Assembly (NCBI RefSeq): GCF_964355755.1
Contig: NC_092672.1
Location: forward strand, 5,828,001-5,892,000
Source: Antedon mediterranea
Lineage: Eukaryota; Animalia; Echinodermata
Length of the DNA: 64,000 nt
Reading direction: 5' to 3'
A model generated the notes under the pieces. That model was not told the DNA's origin. It saw nothing but the letters and a program-made list of their open reading frames with translations, and made no database searches. Below are positions 23,401 to 36,342 of the stretch, piece by piece (position 1 is the first letter of the stretch; each line of letters starts with the position of its first letter). Both the position numbers and the translations under genes were made by a program.

Positions 23401-26400
23401 TAAGAAAATAACACTATTTACTAAAAATGATGAAGTCATCGGTCATTTTCTGCATATGTAAAATCCAGGCAACGTAAAATCAGGGTACGTAAAACTACTG
23501 TATTAATAGGTAGAAAGTGTGTTTTAGTCCCTCAATAAAAAGTTAAGTTAAGCATACTAATATCACAACTTCTTTTACCTTCGCCACTAATCAGCTTCAG
23601 AATTACCTCTTCTTCTAGATCTCCAACTTCCTTCTTCCTAAAGCCACCTGAACACACCCTGTTTGACCTCATCCTGTTTGACCTCACCCTGTTTGACCTC
23701 TACACCATGCCGGCAAATTCACACAAATACATTTCTATTTAATTTCTATTTTCAGGTTTGGCAGCTTTTACTCACAATCCAACTAATAATTGGTGAGGAA
23801 TATTTGTTAATGCTTTATATTTTGTTTAATTAGGGTTCTTTATAGAAAAGACGTAAAGAAAGAAAAGAATTCAGTAAAAATTGTTTTATTTATTTTATTT
23901 TATTTCATCAAATTAAGTTATGTGAACAATTTACATTATGCTTTAAATCTATATATTTTTAAAATCAAATACAGAATAAACACAATGTGTATCTTATTAT
24001 ATCATATTTATTTTTGTTTAGTTACACTGCTCATGTCTTTAATGTGTACGTATTCCCACAAAGCTGTACAACCATTGATGAAAGATTCTCCTGTCAGGTA
24101 AGTTTAATTAAATTACTGTAAACCTCCATTAATGGGACACATTTGGGACAAAACAAGTTCCCCCCCTTAACAGGGGTGTTCAGTGAATATGGTTAGACAT
24201 AGTGTTAAAAACCATACATAAAGTTGTCTTAATCAGAGTGTCCATTTAATGAGTGTGTCCCTTTAATATTGTTGTTCCTATAATGTTGGTGTCCCTTTAA
24301 TAATCTACTGTACTAGAAATAGTAATTTGTAGGTTACATTGTATTTTTATACAGATTTTAATTTAAAAAAATATAGTATGTCGAAAGAAGTTATAAATAT
24401 GTTTACTTTTTGCAGGCATCTTCACTGAAATTTCTCTGTCAATATGAATTTGATTTTAATAAGGTATAGAATATTTACATTAAAATGCAGTCAATTCTAT
24501 TATTTTGGAAATATTCTTTTTTTCAAACCAACAATTACTATTAGTCAACTAACCTTCTTGACAGTTTCGCTGTCCTGATCGGACAGCTTCTTCAGAAATA
24601 ATGACGATCTGTCATCAAACAGATTGACCTCTAGAGGGCCTATTCTGTTTAATGATAGGGTCATACACGTGACTGAGTTGGTGGGTGCCCTCGTCTCTGT
24701 TGATGATTTGGTTTCCTCGTCTGCGGATCCAGATGGCTTCTCTGATGCGTCGGTTGTTTGTATCTAGTTCCCTCTCGATGATTTTAGGTTGTGTCCAGTC
24801 TATGATGTGGTTTAACTGGACGGCATGATCTGCTATAGCTGATTTGCTCAGTTCCTTTTCTGATTCTCGATGTGATTGACGAGTGAAGTTCCTTCTCTGT
24901 TGGGTTACCTTTTCTGTTTCTTTTCTATGTTCTTTTAATCTTGTGCCAAAACAACGACTCGTTTCTCCAATGTAGGTGTGATCACAATTAGCACATGGAA
25001 TTTCGTAGACCACCAACTCAGTCACATGTATGACCCTGTCATTAAACAGAATAGGCCCTATAGAGGTCAATCTGTTTGATGATAGATCGTCATTATTTCT
25101 GAAGTAGCAGTCCGATCAGGACAGCGAAACTGTTAAGAAGGTTAGTTTACTAATTGTTGGTTTGAAAAAAAAGAATATTTCCAAAATAACTTATATCTAC
25201 AAACCAGATGAACATTTTCAATCAGTCAATTCTATTATTTAAAAAAAGGAGGTGCGGGGAGAGGGAGTGGTTTTCCAGAAAGGCTAGTGGAGAAATTGTA
25301 TTATTATGAAGTAAATATAATATTTTGGATCACAAAAATTTGTAGCAATTGTACAAATGCAGTAGAGTTTAGAATAGAACCCGGGAGACCCCTTAATAGG
25401 AGCGCTGCGTCAACTAATAGGTTGACTGTAGTGTAGTTGTAGGGTAAATGAGCAACAGAGTATTATTGTTGAATAGAGGGTGCTTTTTCAATTCTCTACA
25501 CAATATTCTGTGATTACTAGTAGCTTAGACCAGGTAAGAATGAACCCTGCCTAGACTTTTCATGTTGTAGAGAGGTTGTTGGGGAGGGAAGTATGGATGT
25601 TCTGAACAAAAGAGGCATAGCCAAAAAATGGGGTCGATAGACTAGGTCACCTCTCAGTCCTACCCAAGAATGTTTTAATAGAATAAGGCACACTCTGTAC
25701 AGCACTCAAAACAAAGTAGTTATTGCTGTATTGAAACTTTTGATTTTGATGTGTTGTGTTAATATTGAAATTATATTTGTTAGTTTATTTACGAAGGAGT
25801 TCCATTTCTCACTCATGAGCAAGAAGAACGATTGTCGACATTGAGTAATCAAGATGAAGTCATTAGGTATTGACACATCTATTAAGTTATTACATTGATA
25901 ATTTTGTTAATTGATTTAAAATGTTAAACAGAACTTATGCATTATTTGAAAGAATGTTTTATAATATAGTATATGAGAATGTTACATTTAAACGTGTGAT
26001 GATGTTTTTAATGTATTCATTTTTGTAATGCTGTGGATTTAAATTATATTTATACGAGATTTAAAATCTTTTTTTTATAGTGACCTAAATGAATCCTACT
26101 TCGCTCCAATATTTACAAAGATATCAGATTGGTTGAGGCAGGCTGATAATGAGGATGAAATGACAATACCAACTAATAGAGGTTAATATAACATTTTAGA
26201 ATTGAAATTTTGATTTTACTAAAATAGTTCAAATTAGCGAGATGCGCTCTATTAAATTCAATTAACTAGCACAATAGGCAAAAAACACCTATTTTAAAAA
26301 TTTGTGTCGTCAGAACTCTCGTCAAGCAAAAATGATACATGAATTTATATCTGTAACTCGTCAACTTCCTTCCCAAGCTTCAGGACAATCACAAGGAGTC

Positions 26401-29400
26401 GAGGTGTGGATAACCAATTAAAGGGTGAAGGACATTAGAAACGATTGTTACATACTTCTAAGACTCTTAATAATAAATTTTCAGTTTCACATGATTAATA
26501 TTAGCATTTAATTGCTACCTGGGTGGTTTACAGTTTCTCTTGCGATTGAAACTGTTTACAAATCATATAGATAATAAAGTATTTTATGGAAACCATTAAT
26601 GATCCCACATCCTTAAGTATAATGTGAAATGTAAACAAACAAGTTGATTCTCTTTGAGGAAATGAAATGGGAGATTCCTCAAATTATGCAATGAACAGGT
26701 GATTCTACTAGTTTGAGGAAATATATAGAATATAGAAATCAAGTCCGGCAAATTAAGCAAAGTCCTGAATTATTGATATACTATAAGATGTAACTAATCT
26801 ACTAAATAAAACAAATAATATTGTACTTTGTCTTGTCAAAATATAGCCTTTGATTTTCTTTTGGTCGATGTTTGGAATGGCTAAAGCCTAACCTTATATA
26901 TACTATATACCTACCTATATATACACTAGATAAGTGTTTATTTTATGTATGATTTTCTTACACCATTTTCAATACCGGTTGGAGGCAATTTAGTCTGGCA
27001 TATCTTACTGGAAAAAACCTGCCTCGAGGAACCTTTAATGACTCTTATTTGCTTTGTTTATTTTTACAGTAAATTATTGTTTAATGTAAACAAAATTGTC
27101 TTTTTTTTTCATACAACTGTGGCATGCTTGTCTGATTATATTACTATTATTTTTGATCATTGATTTTCATTTTGTTTATTTGATCTATTTTGCATGCTGC
27201 TTTGAATTGAATTAAATTTTGTTTTATAGGTGTTAGTGTTTTAATGCTACAGGCTAAAATTTGTTTCATGTTCAAAGAAGTATGGACAAAACTGTCAAGC
27301 AAAAATGAAGTAAGAAATAACATGCCTTCTCAATTGTTATAAAAACAAACATCAATTGATTGATTGATTGGATTTGATTTATTTATCATGTCAAAATTAT
27401 TATACTGCAGTAACTACAGTTTTACTGCAGTAACAACATGATTTTAGTTTGTGAAGTTTATGATAAACAATGTGTATGTTTATCAAACAAAAGCTTGTCA
27501 ATATTGTGCATAAACAGGTTTTTAAACAGTAAACAAAAGGTAGTTAACTGCAGTAGAATAATTTTCACATGTTCCCTTAGATTAACAAATGTTACTGTGT
27601 ACATTCTTATCCATTTTTAAATATGTTTGTTATTATTTTGAATTTAATGATCTGATCTCTACTATTCATTTAAAAAGGTTGTTGTAATCAAAGTCAGCAG
27701 AGAAAAAAGAGAGGAATTTGAAGCTGAATCACCATCATGGAACGAAAGGTAAAAGAGAAAAATAAATTTTTTTTTTTTTTAAAGAATGATATTACATTGG
27801 AAATTTTGCTACTTCTTTAATGTGTCTGTACTTTTTCTTTATATTTCCTGTGTCTGTAATTTGATATTTTTATGGGCAACATAAATATGTTATTACATAG
27901 ATAATGTTTGTGCTGTAAAGCTTGCTGAAGGTGAATAAGAAAATTAATTTAAAAGTAGGCTAATACAGCATATTAATTTAAAAGAAGAATATTATAGCAT
28001 ATTAATAATGTTCAATCTTATTTTATGCTGTTAGATGTGAATGAAATAAAATAAACAATTTTGTTGCAGAATTATAGAAAGTCTCGTTGGATTCTCAAAA
28101 GTGTTTAGACTTATCACAGACTCTAAAAAGGTAATGAACAATACAGTACCTCTATTTTGTTTTACCAATATCATATCAATCAATTATCGACATTTTTATT
28201 CCATAATCAATATAAAAACATATACAAATACAATACAAATAATATGATAATGGAATGGGATACAAAATAAGCACAAGTGCAAAAAAGAACAAACATTTAT
28301 AATACTGTATAACAATAGGATTGTGAAAATACAATTTTGTTTCATTTTAGCCTGTAATTGGGCATAATATGTTGATGGATCTGCTACTTATGTACGACAA
28401 GTTTCACAATAAATTACCAAGTAAGTTGTAAACAATTAATTCTTCAATACTAATTATAATAATATCTAGGATTTATAAAGTGCCTCTAATGCACGACAAA
28501 GTGTGATAAATAACAAAGGAAGTTTACAAACAATTATTGATTTAAGCAGTGCAATGAAAGATGGTTTATTAGTGTTGTACATTTGCTTCTATGATATGAG
28601 GTTCTTGTATGTGCACCCTGTTTCACAAAAGAGGCCACTGCCTGACTTTATGATACATAGCAAAAACTATACAATCTTACTTACACAATACTAGAGTTTT
28701 CAGTGCATTAAACTGGTCTACAAACTGGAAGAAACGTATGCCTACTCATGAATGTCAAAATGTAAAGCTCTGTCTACACTATCAAACTTTTTGTGACAAC
28801 AAAATGTTATGTGTTCGTATATGGACATGATGTCATATCACTACCATTATTTGGGCACATCACACGTTTTTTGTCAAACTAATTTGATAGTGTAGACAGA
28901 GCTTTAACGTAAATAAGGTCTATATGGCAAGTGTAACAAACATTAATATGCGAATCGTTTCTTATGATACCAAAAACTAAACTGTATTTTTTATAGAATC
29001 TTGGTCGGATTTCAAAATAGAACTGCATCGTATTTTACCAAATATTTATGATACTAAGCACTTAGCTAGCAAATGTAAAAAGGTATGTTTAATACAGCAC
29101 ATCCAATGAACTTGTATTTATTACTATTTTCTTAAGCTCTGTCTACACTATCAAACAAAAAAGTGTGATGTGCCCTAATATGATAGTGTTATGACCAAAT
29201 ATGGTAGTGATATGACATCATCATGTTCATATATGGACACATCACATTTTTGTCACATAAAGTTTGATAGTGTAGACAGAGCTTAAGATATAATGGAATT
29301 TAGAGTGGCTAAGTGAGTATAGACTGTCAGTGTGCAAACTTTACCTTCATGGACGCCCCAATTTGTGTCACCACTCCAACAAATTAAATGCACTACAAAT

Positions 29401-30064
29401 GAGACCTTTCTTTTTTCATGATGCATCACTCTATATCATCTATTCAGCTGTATAGTCAAAAAGTCATTCTGTGCACGCTCATAATGACTTTTGGAATCAA
29501 TAGGTGACGAATCAAGTGGGCACCACATTGGGACAACGTACCACATCACAATTTTTAACATGATTGGACTAAAAAATGTTTAATAGGTTATTGTTTTTAT
29601 CACAGCATTATTTTGATTTTATATTGTGTTTATTAAATGAATCAATATTATGATATATTTTTTTATAAGCTTCTTGAAGATCATAACCTTGTCCATCAGA
29701 CAAACATACAAGATCTATTTCAAATTCTTCAAAGGTAGGAAGACAAATGTATTTTCACTTTCAATCCAACTGTGTAAAACACCAATAACAGGCTCAATAA
29801 AAAAATATAAATCGGACAAAGAACAAAATGTGCAAAAAAGGTTCAAACGTTATTGTAATGACAATTATATTGATAATGATTTGATAGTGATGAGGGTAAT
29901 AATGATAATGATAATAACAATAATGGTAATAAGTTTGTCCTATTAAATGAGTGAGTGAGTGAGTCAGTGGCCGAGCGGTTAAGACAGTGGAACCGTAATT
30001 ACGTAGTCATAACATCGGCAAGGGTTCGAGGCTCACTCACTCCATGGTTCTGGTGGTAGAACAA

Positions 30065-30098
<34 letters not shown>

Positions 30099-30717
30099 AA
30101 TGTACATCTAGCCCATGTGCACTTTGAAGAACCTAGTACATCTTTCGAGACGAGTAGAGGGTTACCCTGGTGTACTAGTACATCACAGCCACTGATCATA
30201 ACTGGGTCCTCTGGGAGACCAGTCTTTGACTGAAGAGGTTACCCAGTATAAATAAAATATTTCAATTTCAATTCAAAGTTTTTTTTTATTTTAAGTGAGA
30301 AAGCAAGATTTGCAGCCTTTAATTCACCAACAATAGGTCTGGATTCAAGAGCCCACAGATATGGTATGTGCAGTCGTGGGAAAGTATGCCATTCTATATA
30401 AGATACAATAAAACCACTTCTTTTGGACGCCCTTATTAAGAGTACACAAATAGATATTGATAATAATAAACTTATTTATTTATTATCATCTTTAATGGTG
30501 GCCTATTCAGTTCCAATAATATTTATTAGGATGCTATTTATAACCACAGAGAACTAATTTTATTTCTAAATGTAGAATGTTAAATATTGTTAAGATTTTT
30601 ATAATTCAAAACCAATTTGAATATCATTTTTATGTGATAAAATTTATATTTCGGCATTCACAGATGAGAAAGAATACAATCATGAAGCGGGCTATGATGC
30701 GTATATATGTGGATATG
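20475..30717 (+). CDS. PNLDC1: PARN-family deadenylase / pre-piRNA 3' exonuclease Trimmer (PNLDC1), 3' exons not found
   Basis: In-frame GT-AG exons: 20475-20553 (MCEVLKSNFDEIYPEIEDAIKESSFI), 22854-22979 (AIDLEFTGL), 23756-23792, 24022-24097 (FNVYVFP), 24416-24463 (ASSLKFLCQYEFDFNK), 25784-25866 (FIYEGVPFL), 26081-26181, 27230-27309, 27678-27748, 28070-28130 (VGFSKVF), 28351-28420 (VIGHNMLMD), 28997-29082 (IYDTKHL), 29670-29734, 30296-30363, 30664-30717 (HEAGYDAYICG). DEDDh residues intact. PNLDC1 preferred over PARN from recalled similarity and the short middle insert. Confidence 0.9.
20612..20850 (-). mobile_element. Second tRNA-derived SINE family, degraded
   Basis: Minus strand TGGCTTGTGGTTA (A box) ... 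GGGTTCAAGTCC (B box) followed by a non-tRNA body. Confidence 0.6.
23004..23500. mobile_element. Tc1/mariner (pogo-like) MITE
   Basis: TA|CAGTAG ... CTACTG|TA termini with subterminal TTTTACGT/ACGTAAAA repeats; similar degraded element at about 24114-24312. Confidence 0.65.
24500..25212 (-). mobile_element. 5'-truncated Penelope-like element (GIY-YIG endonuclease end) with inverted pLTR
   Basis: ORF 24615-25070 encodes VVYEIPCANCDHTYIGETSR..RLKEH..SAIADHA..R.IREAIWI (PLE GIY-YIG); ~185-bp inverted repeat 24500-24684 / 25010-25189; duplication CAGTCAATTCTATTATTT at 24488-24505 and 25213-25230. Confidence 0.92.
24553..24602 (-). ncRNA. Minimal type I hammerhead ribozyme in the Penelope pLTR
   Basis: Minus strand: UUU-CUGAAGA-A-GCUGUCC(GAUCA)GGACAGC-GAAAC-U-GUC|AAG; core, 7-bp stem II and GUC triplet present, stems I and III very short as in PLE hammerheads. 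Mutated inverted copy at 25099-25135 (+). Confidence 0.7.
29945..30275 (+). mobile_element. tRNA-derived Deu-domain SINE, full length
   Basis: A and B boxes, Deu/Nin-like core, TTCAAT tail; near-identical to the copies at 3335 and 40586. Confidence 0.9.
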
Positions 30718-31825
30718 GTGAGTAGATTATTATTATTAATATTACCTAATTGTTTGTTGTTGCATACCTTTTCATGTATTATATATTTGTATTGTCGAAG
30801 CCCTCATGAGACAAGCTTCTAGTGAGTGCCCCAGTTTTTGAAACTGTATAAATTATTATTACATTTCAATGCCTTCATAAGATAGTATATTACTATTTTA
30901 TTATTGTTATTATTTATTTATTTTTAAAATTTGTGTTAAGCTCTGTCTACACTATCAAACTTTATGTGAAAAAAAAAATGTGATGTGCCATATATAGACA
31001 CGATGATGTCCTATCACTACCATATTTAGGCATATCACTATAATATTTGGGCACATCACATTTTTTTGTCTTGTCAAACTAGTTTGATAGGGTAGTTTGC
31101 ATTAAAGCATCCACAATTGTCAAGTTATTATCCTGATTTTTTTTCTTTAAAGTATATTTATATATACAAACAAAGAAAAATGTATATTATTGTCCAAAAG
31201 TTTATAAAAATCTTCAGAATATCTGTATCTTAAATATGGGCTGAAAAATAAAATTGCATACCCTCTGCATTGGATTGTATTTCTAGTAAAAGTGCCAAGG
31301 CAAAATGTACACCATCAAGTGAAAAATATTACGATTGATTGATATTTAGTTTTTAAAATTAATGTACTAATGGTTAACTGTTACAAATAAACAGAAATGT
31401 CTCGCACAGAGAGAAATTCTTGTCTATTTTTTAAATAAAACATTCCTTTACAAATACAATGTAATAAAACACTAATTTAAAAAACGTATTTTATTAATGA
31501 CAAAAATTAATCAAAAATAAAGAGGTATTCTTTTTATTAACAAAATTATGAGTTATATAAACTATAATTACGTTTTTGTTATTTATAATAAAACTACAGT
31601 GTTTTGAAATAATGCTTTTGTATAAGCATCTAATAATATGTATGTTGAATTGCATTTATGATTCAGCAATATTATAGTATTGTCAACAGGATACAAGAAA
31701 AAAACAAAATTGTTTGGAACATTCACTTTGTTATTTATAATACTGAATTGATCGTTTTTTTTTTTTACATTTTTTCCTAATACAACGTTTGTATCGTAGT
31801 CCCAGCTCAAGGGAGGATTCAGTAA

Positions 31826-31928
31826 TTTTAGTTGCGTGCAACGCGACTCTACAGCTCACTATGTCGGTTGGTCGGTCGGTAAACACTAACTTGAGCATGC
31901 GACTGCAGCCGTATATATGACCTTGTTT
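31826..31928 (+). mobile_element. Mini Helentron-associated element
   Basis: TTTTAGTTGCGTGCAACGCGACT, (GTCG)n microsatellite, internal GCGACT repeat, 3' near-hairpin, T-rich insertion site. Confidence 0.5.
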
Positions 31929-32050
31929 GAACAGGGAAGTGCTAACACGTATAGTGTTTTAATAGTAAATAGTCTGCCAAGAATAGATATCACAAAGTAT
32001 TTAATAATGTCATTTTAAATGACAAAATGGGGAGTATGTAACTCAATCGC

Positions 32051-32345
32051 TACACCTGGATCTGTTCCTACACCTGGATCTGTTCCTACACCTGGATCTG
32101 TCCCTACACCTGGATCTGTCCCTACACCTGGATCTGTTCCTACATCTGGATCTGTCCCTACCCCTGGATCTGTCCCTACCCCTGGATCTGTCCCTACACC
32201 TGGATCTGTCCCTACACCTGGATCTGTCCCTACACCTGGATCTGTCCCTACATCTGGATCTGTCCCTACACCTGGATCTGTCCCTACACCTGGATCTGTC
32301 CCTATCCCTGGATCTGTCCCTACCCCTGGATCTGTCCCTACCCCA
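32051..32345. repeat. 18-bp minisatellite, ~16 copies
   Basis: Unit TACACCTGGATCTGTCCC. Confidence 0.97.
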
Positions 32346-33849
32346 GCTTGAATGAAAGAAGGTTTATGACTAAAAATATATATCTACCATGAATTGTTAT
32401 GGCATGTTACTTGACCTTTAAATGTTAAGTTCACATATTTGAATCTTGGTATTTTTGTGGAATAAAGTCTGATGAGCTAAACACAACATAATTATGACGA
32501 CATCATAAACTATTTCTGTATTTCTTGTAATAGTTACGTAAATAAGTTTACCAAAAACAAGTACAAAACAATTCTTCAGAACTGCTTGTATAACTTCCTG
32601 TATTCTTAATATTTGTCCTGCCCAGGTTATAAGTTTGCTTCACCTATTTGTGAGATCACAAAATGTGCTTATAATCAATTGCCAATCTCTATTTAGTCCC
32701 TCTAAAGCTTTGTCTACACTATGAAACTAGTTTTTATCATATATTGATTCAATTTTCTCTACTACTACATTTGCAAAGTGTAGTTGTTTTGGCCTTCTGA
32801 GCCTCCCATACTTTTTTGTACTTAATTAGTTTACTGTGTGTGCATCTTATTTACAATTGTTATTTTTTGTATTTAAAAGAAAAGACTGGTAGAGCAGCAA
32901 AATACATTTTTTTTTCGACCTAATATCTACTTTCAACCAATATCAAGCATGTATTCGCAACATTTGCACTTTAAGAGCAGGTCATTGTGGTTTCAACTTT
33001 AAAACAGCAAGAGAAATATAAACACAGCACTCCTAAATTGTTGTTCACTTCCCTATAATAAAGGAGTGTTATCATTATTATTATTATTTAATTATTTATA
33101 GATATCTCACCAAAGTCATTACATCATCAGTTCTCAGAAACTTTTTCAATTCAAAATCAGGATATTTGCATTTCGTTAAGGAATGAGCAATAATCTTTAT
33201 AGATTTATAATGGTACAAAAATCCACAATTGTCAGGAAGTTCTTGGTCTGATACAGACTAGAGATTCTTGGGGAAAAAATAAATCAATTGTTCTCTTATA
33301 ATATATCTTGACCTTTGTGAAAGGTTGGTTAATAGGCAGTTTCAATGATTTCAAAATTAGAGAGCTTTCGCTTTCCAACGACCTTTTACTTTGCAATGAC
33401 CTTACTTCACGTTAACTCATTCTGCGTATACCGGGACATTAGGACGTCGCTTGATTCCAAAGTTTTGGAGGATTGTAGATCCAGACATGTACCCACGTCA
33501 CAGTAATACGTATATCATAGGTTGTTCAATATCAAAAGCTTCCTATTGCTAGTTTTGAGGTCCTTAGTAAACGAAGCAATTTCAGTTTTGTCGGCAATTG
33601 TTTTTTTATTGTTTTTTAAGCTGTGAGAGATAATTTAGTCTCCATCATTGTATTTTAAGTACTTACTATAATTATAATCCAAATTAATAATTAATAATTT
33701 AGAGTAGTTTAATTAATAGAAAGGTTTTTGATTTATCTCAAAGTAACTAGTAATTAAGTTATTAATTTTCTTGCCATTAAAAAGGCATTGCAACAATTTA
33801 GAGCTGTATGCTGACTTTTAGTATTAAAAGGAAATTCAGGAAACATTTT

Positions 33850-34695
33850 ATCCAGGGATTTTGTTGTGCAGGGATGTTGTTGCGCAGGGAATTGTTGTCC
33901 AGGGATGTTGTTGCCTAGGGAGATACTTGTTCAGGGATGTTGTTGTACAGGGAGGTAGTTGTGTAACCTTTGATTGTAATTAGTGGTAGTATAACACTAA
34001 CAGTAGTCAATAAACAATCTTGACATCCAGCTCTTTAACCGTACTCCTCTATTGCGTTATTATACACCTTACATCGCCATGATGTATCTCACCTCTTCAA
34101 CCCACGAGGTTCTCTCTATGAACGCCCTCTATAGCGTGACCTTAACTTCTGGGGTTACAGTTGTACAAGGGGATTGTTGTCCAGGGATGTTGTTGTACAG
34201 GGAGGTAGTTATACAGTGAGGTAGTTATACAGGGATGTTGTTGTCCAGGGATGTTGTTGTGCATGGAGTTTGTTGTCCAGGGATGTTGTCGTCCAGGGAG
34301 GTAGTTATACAGGGAGGTAGTTATACAGGGAGGTAGTTATACAGGGAGGTAGTTATACAGGGAGGTAGTTATAGAGGGATGTTGTTGCGCAGGGGATTGT
34401 TGTCCAGGGATGTTGTTGTACAGGGAGGTAGTTGTACAAGGGGATTGTTGTCCAGGGATGTTGTTGTCCAGGGATGTTGTTGTTCAGGGATGTTGTTGTA
34501 CAGGGAGGTAGTTAACTTATACAGGGAGGTAGTTATACAGGGATGTTGTTGTACAGGGATGTTGTTGTGCAGGGATGTTGTTGTGCAGGGATGTTGTTGC
34601 ACAGGGGATTGTTGTCCAGGGATGTTGTTGTCCAGGGAGATACTTGTCCAGGGATGTTGTTGTACAGGGAGGTTGTTGTACTGGGGGATTGTTTT
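33850..34695. repeat. ~15-bp minisatellite (CAGGGATGTTGTTGT variants), interrupted
   Basis: Repeating CAGGGATGTTGTTGTN / CAGGGAGGTAGTTATA units; 198-bp insertion at 33962-34159. Confidence 0.95.
33962..34159. mobile_element. Probable solo LTR (Gypsy-like)
   Basis: TGTAACC...GGTTACA termini, 4-bp TSD GTTG, internal AATAAA at 34009. Confidence 0.7.
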
Positions 34696-34699
34696 CCAT

Positions 34700-35860
34700 G
34701 ATAGATAAATGTAACTAAAAATAAAATAACGATTTCAACAGTTTCATTCATTTTATTAACACTTCTAAAACTTAAAAAAATTAGAATTAAAAATTCATGT
34801 GTAATATTTAAATGTATAAACAATTTTCTTTTTGTTATATACATAAAGAGGTTGATACAATAGACAAAAATGTTAATATTACTTCAAATTATACAACTGT
34901 CAAACAATTCTATTCCACTTTTACCGATGTAGCATATAAAGCGTGCATACCAAAAGCACAAGATAAATGGGAAAACCAACTTCAAAATTGTTTTATTGAC
35001 TGGAATCTATGTTGGAAAAACAAAGTTAAGAGTATGTTGCACATAAAAAGAGTGGCTTTCTTTAATTTTAAGTTGCTACATAAAATTTTACCAACTAGGT
35101 GTAAGCTAAAATTTGGAATTTGTCAAACAATAATTATTGTGAATATTGTAATGAGGAGGTTGAAAATGAAAAGCATATGTTATTTACATGCAAAGAAGTA
35201 AAACATTGCTGGGTAAAATGTTGCGCTATGCTGAAAACATGTTTTGCATTTACTCAGGAAGTTACATGGGAGAAAATTTTACTTGGAAATATGTCAAAAT
35301 TAATGAAATATTTTCCATTTTAACTTTCTGTGTTTATAAAAGTAAAGTCAAACACAGACTAGGACTTGTTAAAAAATGTCCATGGTTAATGTTCACTGCG
35401 GAGTTAGAAGGTATAATCAATTGTGAGTTTTTAATAAATAAAGAAAAGGCAAAAAAAATGTGGTCAGATATGGACCGTAACAATTTAGCAAGGTATAAAA
35501 TTAACGTTTATAAAATTGATATTTAGGTAAAGTAAAATATAAATTTTTTTTTTGATTGCCTGAAAGAGATAAAAAGAGTTATAAAATAAAGAATTCTGTG
35601 GTAAATTATACGTACATTGTTAAGGATTGAAAAACGTGTAAAAAGTGTATAACATAGAGGAAATTTTTTTTTTCTTTCCTTATACTATTATATATAAAAT
35701 GCAATGGTAGGAGTGAGATATCAGATGTACTGAAAGTTACTTAATGTCAATTATATAGTATTGTATCATTACATTACTCATGTGCAATGCATTGTAAACG
35801 AACATTTTATTGATGAAGAAATAAAAGTGGGTCGATCCTACATAAGACAAAAAAAAAACA
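34700..35860 (+). mobile_element. L1/Tx1-clade LINE 3' fragment, frameshifted zf-RVT domain
   Basis: Overlapping ORFs 34812-35201, 35120-35323 and 35188-35526 give FNFKLLHKILPT..CEYC..EVENEKHMLFTC..VKHCW; AATAAA at 35819 followed by an A tract. Confidence 0.8.
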
Positions 35861-36342
35861 ATTTTCATTAACATTTCTATAATATTTGTTGAATTTGAAA
35901 AGGCATCATTTTCACTGCAATAATGTACGATTTTAGATTGTTTAAAGTAGAAAGTTATGAGCCAGTCACTGCTTTTAACAATGGGTATTATTTACATAGA
36001 AAAAGCTTGCGAAATAATTGCATAAATAGATTAAAATGGTGTTAAAATATGTAGTTACTGTGGTAGAATATGGTCTCTTAAGGAGTAACAAAATCCATGA
36101 TTTAAGCCTTGTTTACACTATTATACTGTACGTGACAAAAAATGTGATGTGGACATATTAAATTCAAATTTATTAACATTCACCTTAACATCAAGGTATA
36201 GTTAACAACAACATTTACAAAAATAAACAAAGATATAAAAGAAAAAGTAATAATAAAAGCATTCAACATGATGATGTCATATCACTACCATATTTGGGCA
36301 CATTACACTTTTGTTGTCACACCAGTTTGACAGAGCTTTTAT

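Noticed and set aside
32019-32351. 110-aa (TPGSVP)n ORF
   Set aside because: By-product of an 18-bp stop-free minisatellite; no signal peptide or convincing exon context.
33102-33193. Possible terminal PNLDC1 exon (phase-compatible, DISPKSLHHQ...stop)
   Set aside because: No resemblance to the expected hydrophobic helix and RRM; the other phase-compatible acceptors I tried (about 31349, 31599, 32625) also stop quickly.
32400-33650. Semi-open minus-strand frames suggesting a decayed gene or transposase
   Set aside because: Multiple stops and no recognisable motif; a translated search would be needed.
34369-34844. Cys/His-rich ORFs on both strands
   Set aside because: Translations of the CAGGGATGTTGTTGT minisatellite.
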